From Coprococcus sp. (GTDB lineage Bacteria > Bacillota > Clostridia > Lachnospirales > Lachnospiraceae), in assembly GCA_050874325.1 (NCBI GenBank), contig JBNMKK010000006.1, forward strand, positions 551 to 64,550: a stretch of DNA of 64,000 bases, read 5' to 3'. Positions within the stretch are counted from its first letter, which is position 1, and every line of letters starts with the position of its first letter. The notes below the pieces were generated by a model. That model was not told the DNA's origin. It worked only from the letters and a program-made list of their open reading frames with translations, and did not search any database. The position numbers and the translations under genes were made by a program. Of this stretch, positions 29,547 through 38,458 are shown one piece after another.

Positions 29547-32500
29547 CTGTGCAGCCCCCCTTCCTTATATCTATATCATCCATGCCAAGCTCTACCGCTC
29601 TGTGCCTGAGGTTTTCCGCATCAGAAAGCACACCGGAAAGCGCACTCTCAGCATCAGCAAGCACCATCTCAGCAGTTTCGAGATTCTCCTTCATCTTCGC
29701 AGTTGCCTTGTCCCCACGGCTTAATACCTTTTCCTCAGCAGCATCAAACTTCTTTTTTGCACTGTCCCGTTTTTTCTCAGCCGCCTTTATCTTTTTATCA
29801 TTTGCTGCAATTTCTGTTCGTATCTCGTCAATGACATTCTTCCTGTTGCTGTAACATTCCTGCTCCCCTTCATACATTCTGGAGTATGTGTTGCCACCAT
29901 ATTTGCTGTCAAACATGCAGACCGATCTGTATGAACAATAGGTACATGCACTCTTGTTCCCCTGTCTCACCGGATTGATCTCAACATCACCGCCTGCGAT
30001 ACTGTTGCCAAGCCTCTCTATATTCCTTCGGTTTGCCTCCATAAGTTCCTTTATGAGGATCTCATCCATAGCCTGTTTGCCCACCAGTGTATCCTTAGAG
30101 CTGTCCATGATCTGAACTGCCTGATTGCTGCCATTGTATATTCCGGCATATCTCGATGCATCGAGCAGCCTTCTCTCTATCGCATCTACCTGGAACCCGC
30201 CAAATGTTCCGACATCATCAGTTACCAGTTCTCGTCTGTCTGCATCATATCTAATATCTCCCTCAAAATCCGTCATATCCACGATTGGATCGTCAAATGT
30301 ATAGTAGAGGAGTCCACCGACATGCACATCCTCCCTGGATCTTCTGAGCCTGTCCATCCTGCGCTTTTCAAGCTCATACGCGATGGCACCGTACGTCACA
30401 AGCTGCATCTGAAGCCCTGCCAACACTCTATCCTGATCTATCTTCTGATCGGATGACTTGTAATCTATGATCTTGAAATATACATTTCTGTCGCTCACAT
30501 ACTCATCCAGCCTGTCTATAACTCCCTTCAGGCTCATCGTCATACCATTTGCAAGTTCAAACACATAATCATCGATGCCATCCGCCGATCTTGACGTATT
30601 GAAATGCCTCTCAAAATTCTCAGGATGCATATCTCCGCAGAGTACGAATGTCCTGAGCGTCCTGGCTGTTCTCACCGCAATATCCTCTAGGAATCTCTTC
30701 ACATACGCTGACCTGCTGGAGTCCTCAAAAAATTCGGCAGCCTCCGCATCCGCTGATATGTTCACGAACTCCACAACTTTTTCAGAGATCTCGCTCTCCG
30801 TGATACCTGCCCAGTCATTGTCCCGCTCAGCCTTCATATACTCAAACATCTTCTCCATGGAACCGTGCAGGATTATTCCCACATTTGCCGCATTCAGCTG
30901 ATATGTCTCCCTGTCCATAAGCCCGAGTCCATATTTTAGGAAATATTTAAACTGACACTCCGCATACTTCTCAAGTTTCGACACGCTCTCAACAAGCTCT
31001 GTTCCATACAGCAGTCTCACAGTCTCCGGGGTCAACTGCTTTGTTGAGTTTACATAATCGTGTCCATTTTGCATCGCTGCAAGCCATGTATGATAATCCG
31101 CCTTGCCATCCTGATCATCCATGCCGCCATCATATCCATCTGTGATAAGACTTCTCACAGCCTGCAGTGTCCCATCATCACCAACTGTGTCATACCTGCT
31201 GACAAGATATCTGAGCACACCGTTCACCGTCTCTGGCACCTGCTCCTCAATATCAAAATCTGATACTTCCAGATCAGGGAAAATATTGCGTATCCTGTCC
31301 ACCAGATATGAAGGATTTACTGCATTCAAGTCCTCCCCCATCTTCCTGTAGACGATATACAGTCTGTCAGACGGCTTTGTGAGACAGGTATATATATAGA
31401 ACTGTTCAATGTAAGCATTTGTCTTGTCGGATGGGGCAAGTGTCACACCACATTCCTCAAGATTCTGCCTGTCACTGTTTGACAGTATCTTGCCTTTTTT
31501 GGCAGGCTTAGGGATAATCCCCTCATTTACTCCTGTGAAGAACAACACCTTCACATGGTTCAATCTCGATCTGGTCATATCACCAACCACCACTCTGTCT
31601 ATGGTCGGCGGCACTATACCTATCTCCATATCAGATATTCCTGCATCCAGAACTCCTGCATATTCCTTGACCGTCATCTTCTCATCGCCGAGTATCGTGA
31701 CAACCTTGTCAAACAATGCAACCATCTTGTCAAATATCTGACCATAAGCATCACCCTCGTCAAAACGTCCCTCATCGTACAAGCGTCTTTTGTGTTTCTC
31801 AAGCTTTCCACACACATCCAGTTCATCCAGGAAATTGTACAGTTCCATCGTATATTTTTTTACAGTATCTTTTGATCCCGGACTGGACGGCTTGTACACA
31901 GCTATACAATCTCCACTGAAAATGGAAATGATCTGCAGCCTTATAGAATCAAGTTCCCTGACATAATCGCTGTCATCCTTATCTGTTATCTCCTTGATCC
32001 AGGACTTATACCCTCTCAAGTTGCGCTTTAACGCATAATTCTCCATGCGTTCCACGTCCGTCTGATCCACATCCGTCATCCCGGTCTTCAGAAGTCTGAA
32101 TACACTGTCAAATGAGAAATTATCCGACATTACCGCAAGAAATCCGCGTATGGTATCCGAGCACGGATCCCCCCTCATGGCAGTATTTTCATCTATGAAA
32201 ACCGGAATGTCATACTCCCCCATAGCCTGTCTGTAGTAACCGGCTACATCGTGAAGATCCCCCGCGACAACAGCGATATCCTTGTATCGATATCCTTTAC
32301 ATTCAACAAGATTTCTGATCTGTGACGCAACATATAAAGCCTCATCTCTTGCCCTGTCCGTTCTCACGAGCTTTATACTGTCCGCTTTTCCTTTTATCCT
32401 CTGATGCGGATATCTGAATATGTTCCGCTCAAACGCCGCAAGTGATGCATTATCTCTGAACCTGTATGGGACCTCCCCATTTTTGCACATCACAACATTA

Positions 32501-33312
32501 TCCAGAATGTCCACATGGGCATCCGCAGCAGCCTTGCTTATCGCCGCCACTGTCTCCTTTGTCAGTCTAAACAGTTCATATTCCTTTGGTTTTCCAGGAC
32601 CTATCTGATCTGAATCTATATCAAATGCAAATACAACTCCTGCCGAATGACTGATAAGCTTTGACACAAGTTTCATCTGTACAGGGGTAAAACCGGTGAA
32701 CCCATCAAAATAAAGATAACTCTTTGCCATAAACTCCGATTTTTCCACATTTTCGGCAAGCAGTTCCGAGAGCTGCTCCGCAACGACATAACTGTCATTT
32801 GAATTGTGTTCCTCAAACTTTTCATATATGAGTCTTATATCATGAAGTTTTCTGTATGTGGAACTGTCGCTATCCATCTGATCCATGGCAATATCTATCT
32901 CATCCCTGTCAACCGCATACTGAAACAGCTCGGACATCATGGATTTCATCTCATCCACAAATCCCATCTTGTCCATATAACTTCCATACATCAACAGATC
33001 AGACTGGTTATCCATAAGTATCTTTTTGACAAGCATACTCTTTCCAAAATCCTCAAGCACCTGACCCGGATTGATGGACAACTCATCAAATACTCTGTAA
33101 GCAAGTCTGTTCAAACCTATGGCATCAATATTCATGGATCCATGTCTGGGATGCCTGACAACTATATCTCTCTGTGCCTCCATACTGAACTGCTCAGGGA
33201 CTATATATAGATAATTCATGTCTTCATGATCCATCGACTCATCTATCAATGTTCTTATCATGTACTCTGTCTTGCCGGATCCCGCCGGTCCAAGAACAAA
33301 CTGTACCCCCAT
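29536..33312 (-). CDS. addB: ATP-dependent helicase/nuclease subunit B with a C-terminal helical extension
   Basis: GPAGSGKT, VPEQF, DGFTGFTP; Fe-S cysteines (ECQF; CTYCSYRSVC); GVIDRLD..IIDYKSS. Start at ATG 33312 after GGAGG. Confidence 0.95.
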   Translation of the reverse strand: MGVQFVLGPAGSGKTEYMIRTLIDESMDHEDMNYLYIVPEQFSMEAQRDIVVRHPRHGSMNIDAIGLNRLAYRVFDELSINPGQVLEDFGKSMLVKKILMDNQSDLLMYGSYMDKMGFVDEMKSMMSELFQYAVDRDEIDIAMDQMDSDSSTYRKLHDIRLIYEKFEEHNSNDSYVVAEQLSELLAENVEKSEFMAKSYLYFDGFTGFTPVQMKLVSKLISHSAGVVFAFDIDSDQIGPGKPKEYELFRLTKETVAAISKAAADAHVDILDNVVMCKNGEVPYRFRDNASLAAFERNIFRYPHQRIKGKADSIKLVRTDRARDEALYVASQIRNLVECKGYRYKDIAVVAGDLHDVAGYYRQAMGEYDIPVFIDENTAMRGDPCSDTIRGFLAVMSDNFSFDSVFRLLKTGMTDVDQTDVERMENYALKRNLRGYKSWIKEITDKDDSDYVRELDSIRLQIISIFSGDCIAVYKPSSPGSKDTVKKYTMELYNFLDELDVCGKLEKHKRRLYDEGRFDEGDAYGQIFDKMVALFDKVVTILGDEKMTVKEYAGVLDAGISDMEIGIVPPTIDRVVVGDMTRSRLNHVKVLFFTGVNEGIIPKPAKKGKILSNSDRQNLEECGVTLAPSDKTNAYIEQFYIYTCLTKPSDRLYIVYRKMGEDLNAVNPSYLVDRIRNIFPDLEVSDFDIEEQVPETVNGVLRYLVSRYDTVGDDGTLQAVRSLITDGYDGGMDDQDGKADYHTWLAAMQNGHDYVNSTKQLTPETVRLLYGTELVESVSKLEKYAECQFKYFLKYGLGLMDRETYQLNAANVGIILHGSMEKMFEYMKAERDNDWAGITESEISEKVVEFVNISADAEAAEFFEDSSRSAYVKRFLEDIAVRTARTLRTFVLCGDMHPENFERHFNTSRSADGIDDYVFELANGMTMSLKGVIDRLDEYVSDRNVYFKIIDYKSSDQKIDQDRVLAGLQMQLVTYGAIAYELEKRRMDRLRRSREDVHVGGLLYYTFDDPIVDMTDFEGDIRYDADRRELVTDDVGTFGGFQVDAIERRLLDASRYAGIYNGSNQAVQIMDSSKDTLVGKQAMDEILIKELMEANRRNIERLGNSIAGGDVEINPVRQGNKSACTYCSYRSVCMFDSKYGGNTYSRMYEGEQECYSNRKNVIDEIRTEIAANDKKIKAAEKKRDSAKKKFDAAEEKVLSRGDKATAKMKENLETAEMVLADAESALSGVLSDAENLRHRAVELGMDDIDIRKGGCTDGE

Positions 33313-33391
33313 GCTCAAACCTCCTGAAAAAAGTCATAAATACATTTCCCCCTGAATAAAATATATAAATAAAACGCAGGGAGAGAAAATT

Positions 33392-33880
33392 ATGTCATCA
33401 ACAAAACTGATCGTACTAAAATCAAAAGAACTTATATATACCGCAATACTTCTGGCTCTGATAGTCGTATTTGTCATAATCCTCATAAACATGTTCAAAC
33501 ACGATGACAAGTCAGATTCCGGGAAAAGCAGCTCCACAAACGCAGTCTCTGCATCAGCATCAGCGGATCCCGGAAGTGGAATATATGAAACCCGATATAC
33601 TCCGGGCACATATTCATCCCCGCTTATTCTCGGTGAGAACACACTGTCAGTCATGGTGACCGTGGACGACAGCCAGATCACTGATGTGTCGTTCCAGCAG
33701 ATGGATGAAACCATAACCACCATGTATCCTCTCCTGGAATCTTCACTTGAGGACATCAACACTCAATTGCACTACATATCGTCAGTTGACGACATAACGC
33801 CATCCGGCGACAGCACCTACACGACAAAACTCATCATAGATTCTATCAAAAATGCCCTGAAAGATGCCGTCATCAACTGA
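33392..33880 (+). CDS. Membrane-anchored protein with an FMN-binding-like domain
   Basis: N-terminal TM helix, S-rich linker, YTPGTY..VTVDD..ITDV and a C-terminal SGDSTYTT..AL motif. Confidence 0.65.
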   Translation: MSSTKLIVLKSKELIYTAILLALIVVFVIILINMFKHDDKSDSGKSSSTNAVSASASADPGSGIYETRYTPGTYSSPLILGENTLSVMVTVDDSQITDVSFQQMDETITTMYPLLESSLEDINTQLHYISSVDDITPSGDSTYTTKLIIDSIKNALKDAVIN

Positions 33881-33897
33881 AAATAATCTTTTTACAG

Positions 33898-33953
33898 AAA
33901 ACGGACAGACGCATATGTAATTACACTTTACATATTCATCTGTCCGTTTTTTT
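33898..33953. terminator. Bidirectional intrinsic terminator
   Basis: AAAACGGACAGA...TCTGTCCGTTTT inverted repeat between convergent genes. Confidence 0.8.
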
Positions 33954-33970
33954 GTACCGGCATATCACCA

Positions 33971-34660
33971 CTACTGCTTTTCTACTATATTATCCTTATC
34001 CTTAAATATACTGTGTGATGGCACGTAACCTCTCACTCTGGATACCGGATAGATATTGCTGAACGGTCCTATGACTGTACCCGGATTTAACACGCTGTTA
34101 CATCCTACCTCTACATTATCACCGAGCATTGCGCCAAATTTCTTAAGTCCCGTCGGTATGTCAAATGCTTTGCCACACGAAAAACCTTTCACATGAACCA
34201 GTGTCTTGTCCGACTTTACATTTGAAGTGATGCTTCCAGCTCCCATATGTGACTTATATCCAAGTATAGAGTCGCCTACATAATTGTAGTGAGGCACCTG
34301 AACATTATTGAATATGATAACATTCTTAAGCTCTGTTGAATTGCCTATCACGCAGTTCTCTCCGACCAGAACGCTGCCCCTGATAAAGGCTCCAGGTCTC
34401 ACCTCTGTGCCTGCACCTATAATAGTTGGTGCAAGTATTGTGGCTGTTCCATACACCTTGCAGCTCTTGTGTATCCACACATTCTCACTGATCTCATTGA
34501 ACTCATTTTTATCAAGAGTCTTTCCAAGTTTTAAGACAAATTCCTTTATGAGTGGAAGCGCCTCCCATGGGTATGTGAGTCCCTCGAGCAATGATCCTGC
34601 CATGGTCTGGTCAAGTGAATAAAGCTCTTTTATTGTTAATGATGTCTGAATATCTTCCAT
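33971..34660 (-). CDS. Stand-alone left-handed beta-helix acyltransferase (GlmU C-terminal-like; usually labelled UDP-GlcNAc pyrophosphorylase)
   Basis: Hexapeptide repeats, HYNYVGDSILG, GAGSITSN, KKFGAMLGD; no N-terminal nucleotidyltransferase domain. Confidence 0.8.
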   Translation of the reverse strand: MEDIQTSLTIKELYSLDQTMAGSLLEGLTYPWEALPLIKEFVLKLGKTLDKNEFNEISENVWIHKSCKVYGTATILAPTIIGAGTEVRPGAFIRGSVLVGENCVIGNSTELKNVIIFNNVQVPHYNYVGDSILGYKSHMGAGSITSNVKSDKTLVHVKGFSCGKAFDIPTGLKKFGAMLGDNVEVGCNSVLNPGTVIGPFSNIYPVSRVRGYVPSHSIFKDKDNIVEKQ

Positions 34661-34665
34661 TATTC

Positions 34666-36711
34666 CTATTCTCCTTTTTTACTATTCTTCGCATTTGCGT
34701 TTTTCTTTGCATCTGTCGATCTTTTTGCCGGTGTGCCGCTGCTTTTTTCATAATACACTTTCGTCTTGTCAAACACACCCGTTATTCCGCCCTGATTCTG
34801 TATCTGCTTTACTCGATTGGTATACTGTGTCACATAAGTTGTCATCTTCTGTGTATATTCTTCCTTTGAGATCTGGCCTTCCGCCACTCCCTCAAGTCCT
34901 TTTTCCCAGCTTGCAGTGAGATCTGCACGCAGCAATCCATTTATAGAATAATATACTATATCGTAGATGATCTCCCCCAGAAATGTCGGTGTGACTATCT
35001 GAGTTTTTTTGTTCAGTGATATGTATTTATTATTCTCAAGTTTCGTGATTATCCCATCCCTTGTGGCACTTGTTCCGATACCTGCGCCCTTTATCTGCTC
35101 TCGGAGATCCTCATCCTCTATGAACTGTCCTGCGTTCTCCATTGTCAGGATGAGAGATCCTGAGTTATATCTCTTCGGAGGGGATGTCTCACCTTCCTTA
35201 ATCTCTATATTCTGTACATTCAGCGTATCGCCCTTTTTGATCTTTGCCAGTCTGTCTATAAATTCCTGACTGTACTTCGGCTCATCCTTCTTCTTGGAAA
35301 AACTGTTGGCAGCGACCTTGAGATACCCCTCACTTATGAGGTATTTAAAATTCGCAAAAAGCTTTTCACCGTTCTTTGTAAGGGTCATAGCTACCTTCTG
35401 AAATTCTGCTGCCGGATAGAATATGCTCAGAAATCTTCTGCAAATGATCTCATAAACCTTGAGCGCCGTCGGTGCCAGACTCTTAAGTGCGCCAAATCCC
35501 TGTCCCGTGGGAATGATCGCATAATGGTCGGTGATCTGTTTGTCATTGACATATTTGGTCTTGGCTATTCCTTTGTATGTGCCGCTCTCCATCGCTCCCT
35601 GTGCAAATGCCGCCACCGGCTGAAAATTCTTCAGTCCTGAGATGTTTCTCCCAATCTCCTTCGCAACCGCCGTGGAGAGAACCCTGGCATCCGTTCTCGG
35701 GTATGTCACAAGCTTTTTCTCATAAAGCTCCTGGACTATCTTTAACGTATCTGATGGGCTTATCTTGAAAAGAGCAGAACAGTCATTTTGTAGTTCGGCA
35801 AGATTATAGAGCATAGGAGGCTGTTTCTTCTCCTTCTTTCTCTCGATTGACTCCACCACTGCCTCCGGTGCCCCTTCATTGAGTTCCCCAAGAAGCCTTT
35901 CTGCATCTGCTCGTTCCTTGAATCCATTCTCCTTGTAGAGCAAAGGCGACTCAAAATACTTCGTGTCCTTAACAGCTTTCCACTCAGCGTCAAATGTCTG
36001 ACCTTTCTCACCCACGCTTGCCACAAGTCTGTAAAATGGTGTCTTCACAAACTCCCTTATCTCACGCTCTCTCTTCACTATGATACCGAGCACACACGTC
36101 ATAACTCGTCCAACAGCTATCACACATCTGTCCATGCCAAGATATCTCTGGACAACATTGGAAAATTTGAGTGAAAGCGCCCTGGAAAAATTGATACCCA
36201 TGAGGTAGTCCTCCTGAGCCCTCAAATATGCCGCATCACTTAAACTGTCATACTCAGAAAGAGGTTTTGCCTCCCTGATCCCTCGAAGTATCTCCTCCTC
36301 GGTTTGGGAATCTATCCATACCCTTCTCTTTTCCTTACCGCTCACCTGCGCCATGGAATCTACGAGTCTGTATATGTATTCTCCCTCTCTTCCCGAATCC
36401 GTGGCAACATAGATGCAGCCCACATCATCTCGGTTGAGCAGTCCTGCAACTATGTTGAACTGTTTCTTTGTATTCGGAAGTATCTCATACTTGTATTCAG
36501 TTGGAATAAAGGGAATCGTCGCAAGATCCCACTTCTTCAAAGCTGGATCATACACGTCCGGATAACTCATGGTGATAAGATGTCCCACACACCAGGTCAC
36601 AACCGCCGTGTCAGACTCCAGATAACCATTTCCGGCATTTCCCTTAACCCCCAGCACATCGGCAAACTGCCTTGCAACGCTAGGTTTCTCTGCTATATAT
36701 AAATTCTTCAA
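34666..36711 (-). CDS. topB: DNA topoisomerase III
   Basis: IAEKPSVA, TWCVGHL, ATDSGREGE, GRVMT, TYPRTD (catalytic Tyr), DHYAIIPT, GIGTSATR; TTG start. Confidence 0.9.
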   Translation of the reverse strand: MKNLYIAEKPSVARQFADVLGVKGNAGNGYLESDTAVVTWCVGHLITMSYPDVYDPALKKWDLATIPFIPTEYKYEILPNTKKQFNIVAGLLNRDDVGCIYVATDSGREGEYIYRLVDSMAQVSGKEKRRVWIDSQTEEEILRGIREAKPLSEYDSLSDAAYLRAQEDYLMGINFSRALSLKFSNVVQRYLGMDRCVIAVGRVMTCVLGIIVKREREIREFVKTPFYRLVASVGEKGQTFDAEWKAVKDTKYFESPLLYKENGFKERADAERLLGELNEGAPEAVVESIERKKEKKQPPMLYNLAELQNDCSALFKISPSDTLKIVQELYEKKLVTYPRTDARVLSTAVAKEIGRNISGLKNFQPVAAFAQGAMESGTYKGIAKTKYVNDKQITDHYAIIPTGQGFGALKSLAPTALKVYEIICRRFLSIFYPAAEFQKVAMTLTKNGEKLFANFKYLISEGYLKVAANSFSKKKDEPKYSQEFIDRLAKIKKGDTLNVQNIEIKEGETSPPKRYNSGSLILTMENAGQFIEDEDLREQIKGAGIGTSATRDGIITKLENNKYISLNKKTQIVTPTFLGEIIYDIVYYSINGLLRADLTASWEKGLEGVAEGQISKEEYTQKMTTYVTQYTNRVKQIQNQGGITGVFDKTKVYYEKSSGTPAKRSTDAKKNANAKNSKKGE

Positions 36712-36858
36712 AATCTACTCCTGTTCCGGGGGCAATCGCTCATTTTATACACATCGCAATCGCCTGTAATACATCACAACACATCTTATTATAATAACAG
36801 AATTACGGTAGTGGGGCAAGTCTGCCACCGAATCTACAATCCTAATAAATTACATACG

Positions 36859-36905
36859 AAAAAGAACCAGGTTCAAACGATAATAAACACTATCAGTTGG
36901 ACCTG
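36859..36905 (-). terminator. Probable terminator after the Rpn gene
   Basis: Minus strand CAGGTCCAA..TTGAACCTG hairpin followed by GTTCTTTTT. Confidence 0.6.
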
Positions 36906-36938
36906 ATCCATAAAGTATAATATTACTTTTGCCGATCA

Positions 36939-37421
36939 TCATAAATCAGCTAATTTTCTCTTAAGTTCTTCAATCTCTGCATTCTTTACAGCTATTTCTG
37001 CATCTTTTTTTGCCATCTCCGCCTGGATCTGTTCTTCTCTCTTCGCTGAGATTTTGCTCATCTCCGCCTTTATCTGGTTTTCTCTCTCCGATGAAATTTT
37101 GCTCATCTCCGCCTGGATCTGTTCTTCTCTCTTCGCTGAGATTTTGCTCATCTCCGCTCGGATCTGTTCTTCTCTCTCCGCTGAGATTTTGCTCATCTCC
37201 GCTCGGATCTGTTCTTCCCTCTCCGCTGAAATTTTGCTCATCTCCGCTCGGATCTGTTCTTCTCGCTCTGCCGAAATTTTACTCATCTCCGCTCGAATCC
37301 TTCTATCCCGCTCTGCTAAAGATTTACACATTTCTGCCCGGATTCTCTCATCTCTCTCTGCTAAAGATCTGCACATTTCTGCTCGGATCCTCTCATCTCT
37401 CTCCGCTAAAACTCTGCACAC
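36939..37421 (-). CDS. Candidate internally initiated small protein (RpnS-like antitoxin), 160 aa, in frame with the Rpn gene
   Basis: AAGGAGG at 37439-37433, 11 nt before an in-frame GTG (V of VCRVL) at 37421. Confidence 0.55.
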   Translation of the reverse strand: MCRVLAERDERIRAEMCRSLAERDERIRAEMCKSLAERDRRIRAEMSKISAEREEQIRAEMSKISAEREEQIRAEMSKISAEREEQIRAEMSKISAKREEQIQAEMSKISSERENQIKAEMSKISAKREEQIQAEMAKKDAEIAVKNAEIEELKRKLADL

Positions 37422-38198
37422 TTGCTGTTTTCCCTCCTTTGATTCTATCGCCGTATAATAAAGGTTCGGATCGCCAGATAATATCCCAGCTAACGCTATG
37501 GTTGAATTATCGACAACAGTTTCGTTCCAATCAGCTGTATCTGAATAAATCGAATATAATACATTCTTTAGTTCATCAAGTATCTTATTATTGAATGATA
37601 AATCCTTATCATGCCCTATGTCAATAACATATAATGGATAGTCTGGAACTAATGCCCCTATTCTCTCATCCATATCCATCATATCGTGCAAAGACTTTGG
37701 TCCGTCCCAAGGTTCCTCTCCCGTATAAAAAACAACAGTTACTATCGGTGTTACCTTAGTTCCTTTTTTTATTCCTGACAGTCTCTCATCAACAGTCCAT
37801 TCAACCTTATCCTGAATACTTTCAAGTGCTGAAAGCTCTGAACTGTACCCCAGGGAATCATATAGCATCTTTCTGACCGGCATTGAATAGTGAACTTTGT
37901 TCTGATCCTCGACTCCTAATATAACAAAATACCCCAGCATTGTCCTTCGAATATTATCTCTGTACTTGTTGATTTTCTCAATTTTGAACTTTTGCTTACC
38001 ATTATTGATTTTTATCGTCTCCGCATAAGCAGTATCATCAGATTCCAGGTCATCAGACTTAATAACCTGTTCATTATCAAAGAAATATCCATTAAACAGT
38101 GCTGCAAATACTTCATTGTCCCTAAAAAAATCCTTCAAAGCCGAATCTGGACTTGGCATCTTTTGTGGCACATTTCCCTCCTGTAATATTACTGCCAT
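36939..38198 (-). CDS. Rpn-family (PD-(D/E)XK, 'putative transposase') nuclease with a C-terminal tandem-repeat coiled coil
   Basis: DSALKDFFRDNEVFAALFN, YRD, LGVEDQ..HYSMPVRKMLYD, PIVTVVFYTGEEPWDGPKSL are typical of Clostridial Rpn/YhgA-like proteins. The start may be GTG at VPQKM (after GGAGG) rather than 38198. Confidence 0.85.
   Translation of the reverse strand: MAVILQEGNVPQKMPSPDSALKDFFRDNEVFAALFNGYFFDNEQVIKSDDLESDDTAYAETIKINNGKQKFKIEKINKYRDNIRRTMLGYFVILGVEDQNKVHYSMPVRKMLYDSLGYSSELSALESIQDKVEWTVDERLSGIKKGTKVTPIVTVVFYTGEEPWDGPKSLHDMMDMDERIGALVPDYPLYVIDIGHDKDLSFNNKILDELKNVLYSIYSDTADWNETVVDNSTIALAGILSGDPNLYYTAIESKEGKQQVCRVLAERDERIRAEMCRSLAERDERIRAEMCKSLAERDRRIRAEMSKISAEREEQIRAEMSKISAEREEQIRAEMSKISAEREEQIRAEMSKISAKREEQIQAEMSKISSERENQIKAEMSKISAKREEQIQAEMAKKDAEIAVKNAEIEELKRKLADL
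37017..37421 (-). repeat. Nine tandem 45-nt (15-aa) coding repeats
   Basis: VCRVLAERDERIRAE / MCRSLAERDERIRAE / MCKSLAERDRRIRAE / MSKISAEREEQIRAE x3 / MSKISAKREEQIQAE / MSKISSERENQIKAE / MSKISAKREEQIQAE; no spacers. Confidence 0.95.
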
Positions 38199-38247
38199 CT
38201 TTTATCTTCGGCAGCATCTTATTATTGTTTTTCCAGCTGGTAGGCAT

Positions 38248-38276
38248 ACTTTAATTCATGGAAAGTACAATGTCAA
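38248..38276 (-). promoter_or_regulatory. Putative sigma-A promoter of the Rpn gene
   Basis: Minus strand TTGACA-N17-TAAAGT. Confidence 0.7.
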
Positions 38277-38370
38277 TGGTTTTAGACAAACGTGCGAATA
38301 AAGCGAATTAATGCGCTGAACACGCGAATTATCAGGCTTTTTCAGCATATTTTTTACTTATTAAAATGTG

Positions 38371-38409
38371 AAAAAAGCACCCCGCCTGCGCCTTGCGCAG
38401 ACAGGATGC
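38371..38409 (-). terminator. Intrinsic terminator of glnA
   Basis: GCATCCTGTCTGCGC-AAG-GCGCAGGCGGGGTGC (15 bp including G-U pairs) followed by TTTTTT. Confidence 0.9.
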
Positions 38410-38458
38410 CTCCAAGCAATTTATATGCAATTTAGAAGGATTTAACAAACTTAAATAT

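Noticed and set aside
37017-37421. 45-nt repeats as a CRISPR array
   Set aside because: The units are contiguous with no unique spacers, preserve the reading frame, and no cas genes are nearby.
37010-37594. Plus-strand ORFs (194 aa and 134 aa) over the Rpn repeats
   Set aside because: Antisense frames kept open by the repeat periodicity; low-complexity products and no SD.
36939-38198. Rpn gene as an IS transposase or mobile element
   Set aside because: No terminal inverted repeats or target-site duplication seen; the family's 'transposase' label is not supported by a DDE or HUH motif.
38292-38335. Three GCGAAT motifs upstream of the Rpn promoter
   Set aside because: Irregular spacing and short length; could be chance.
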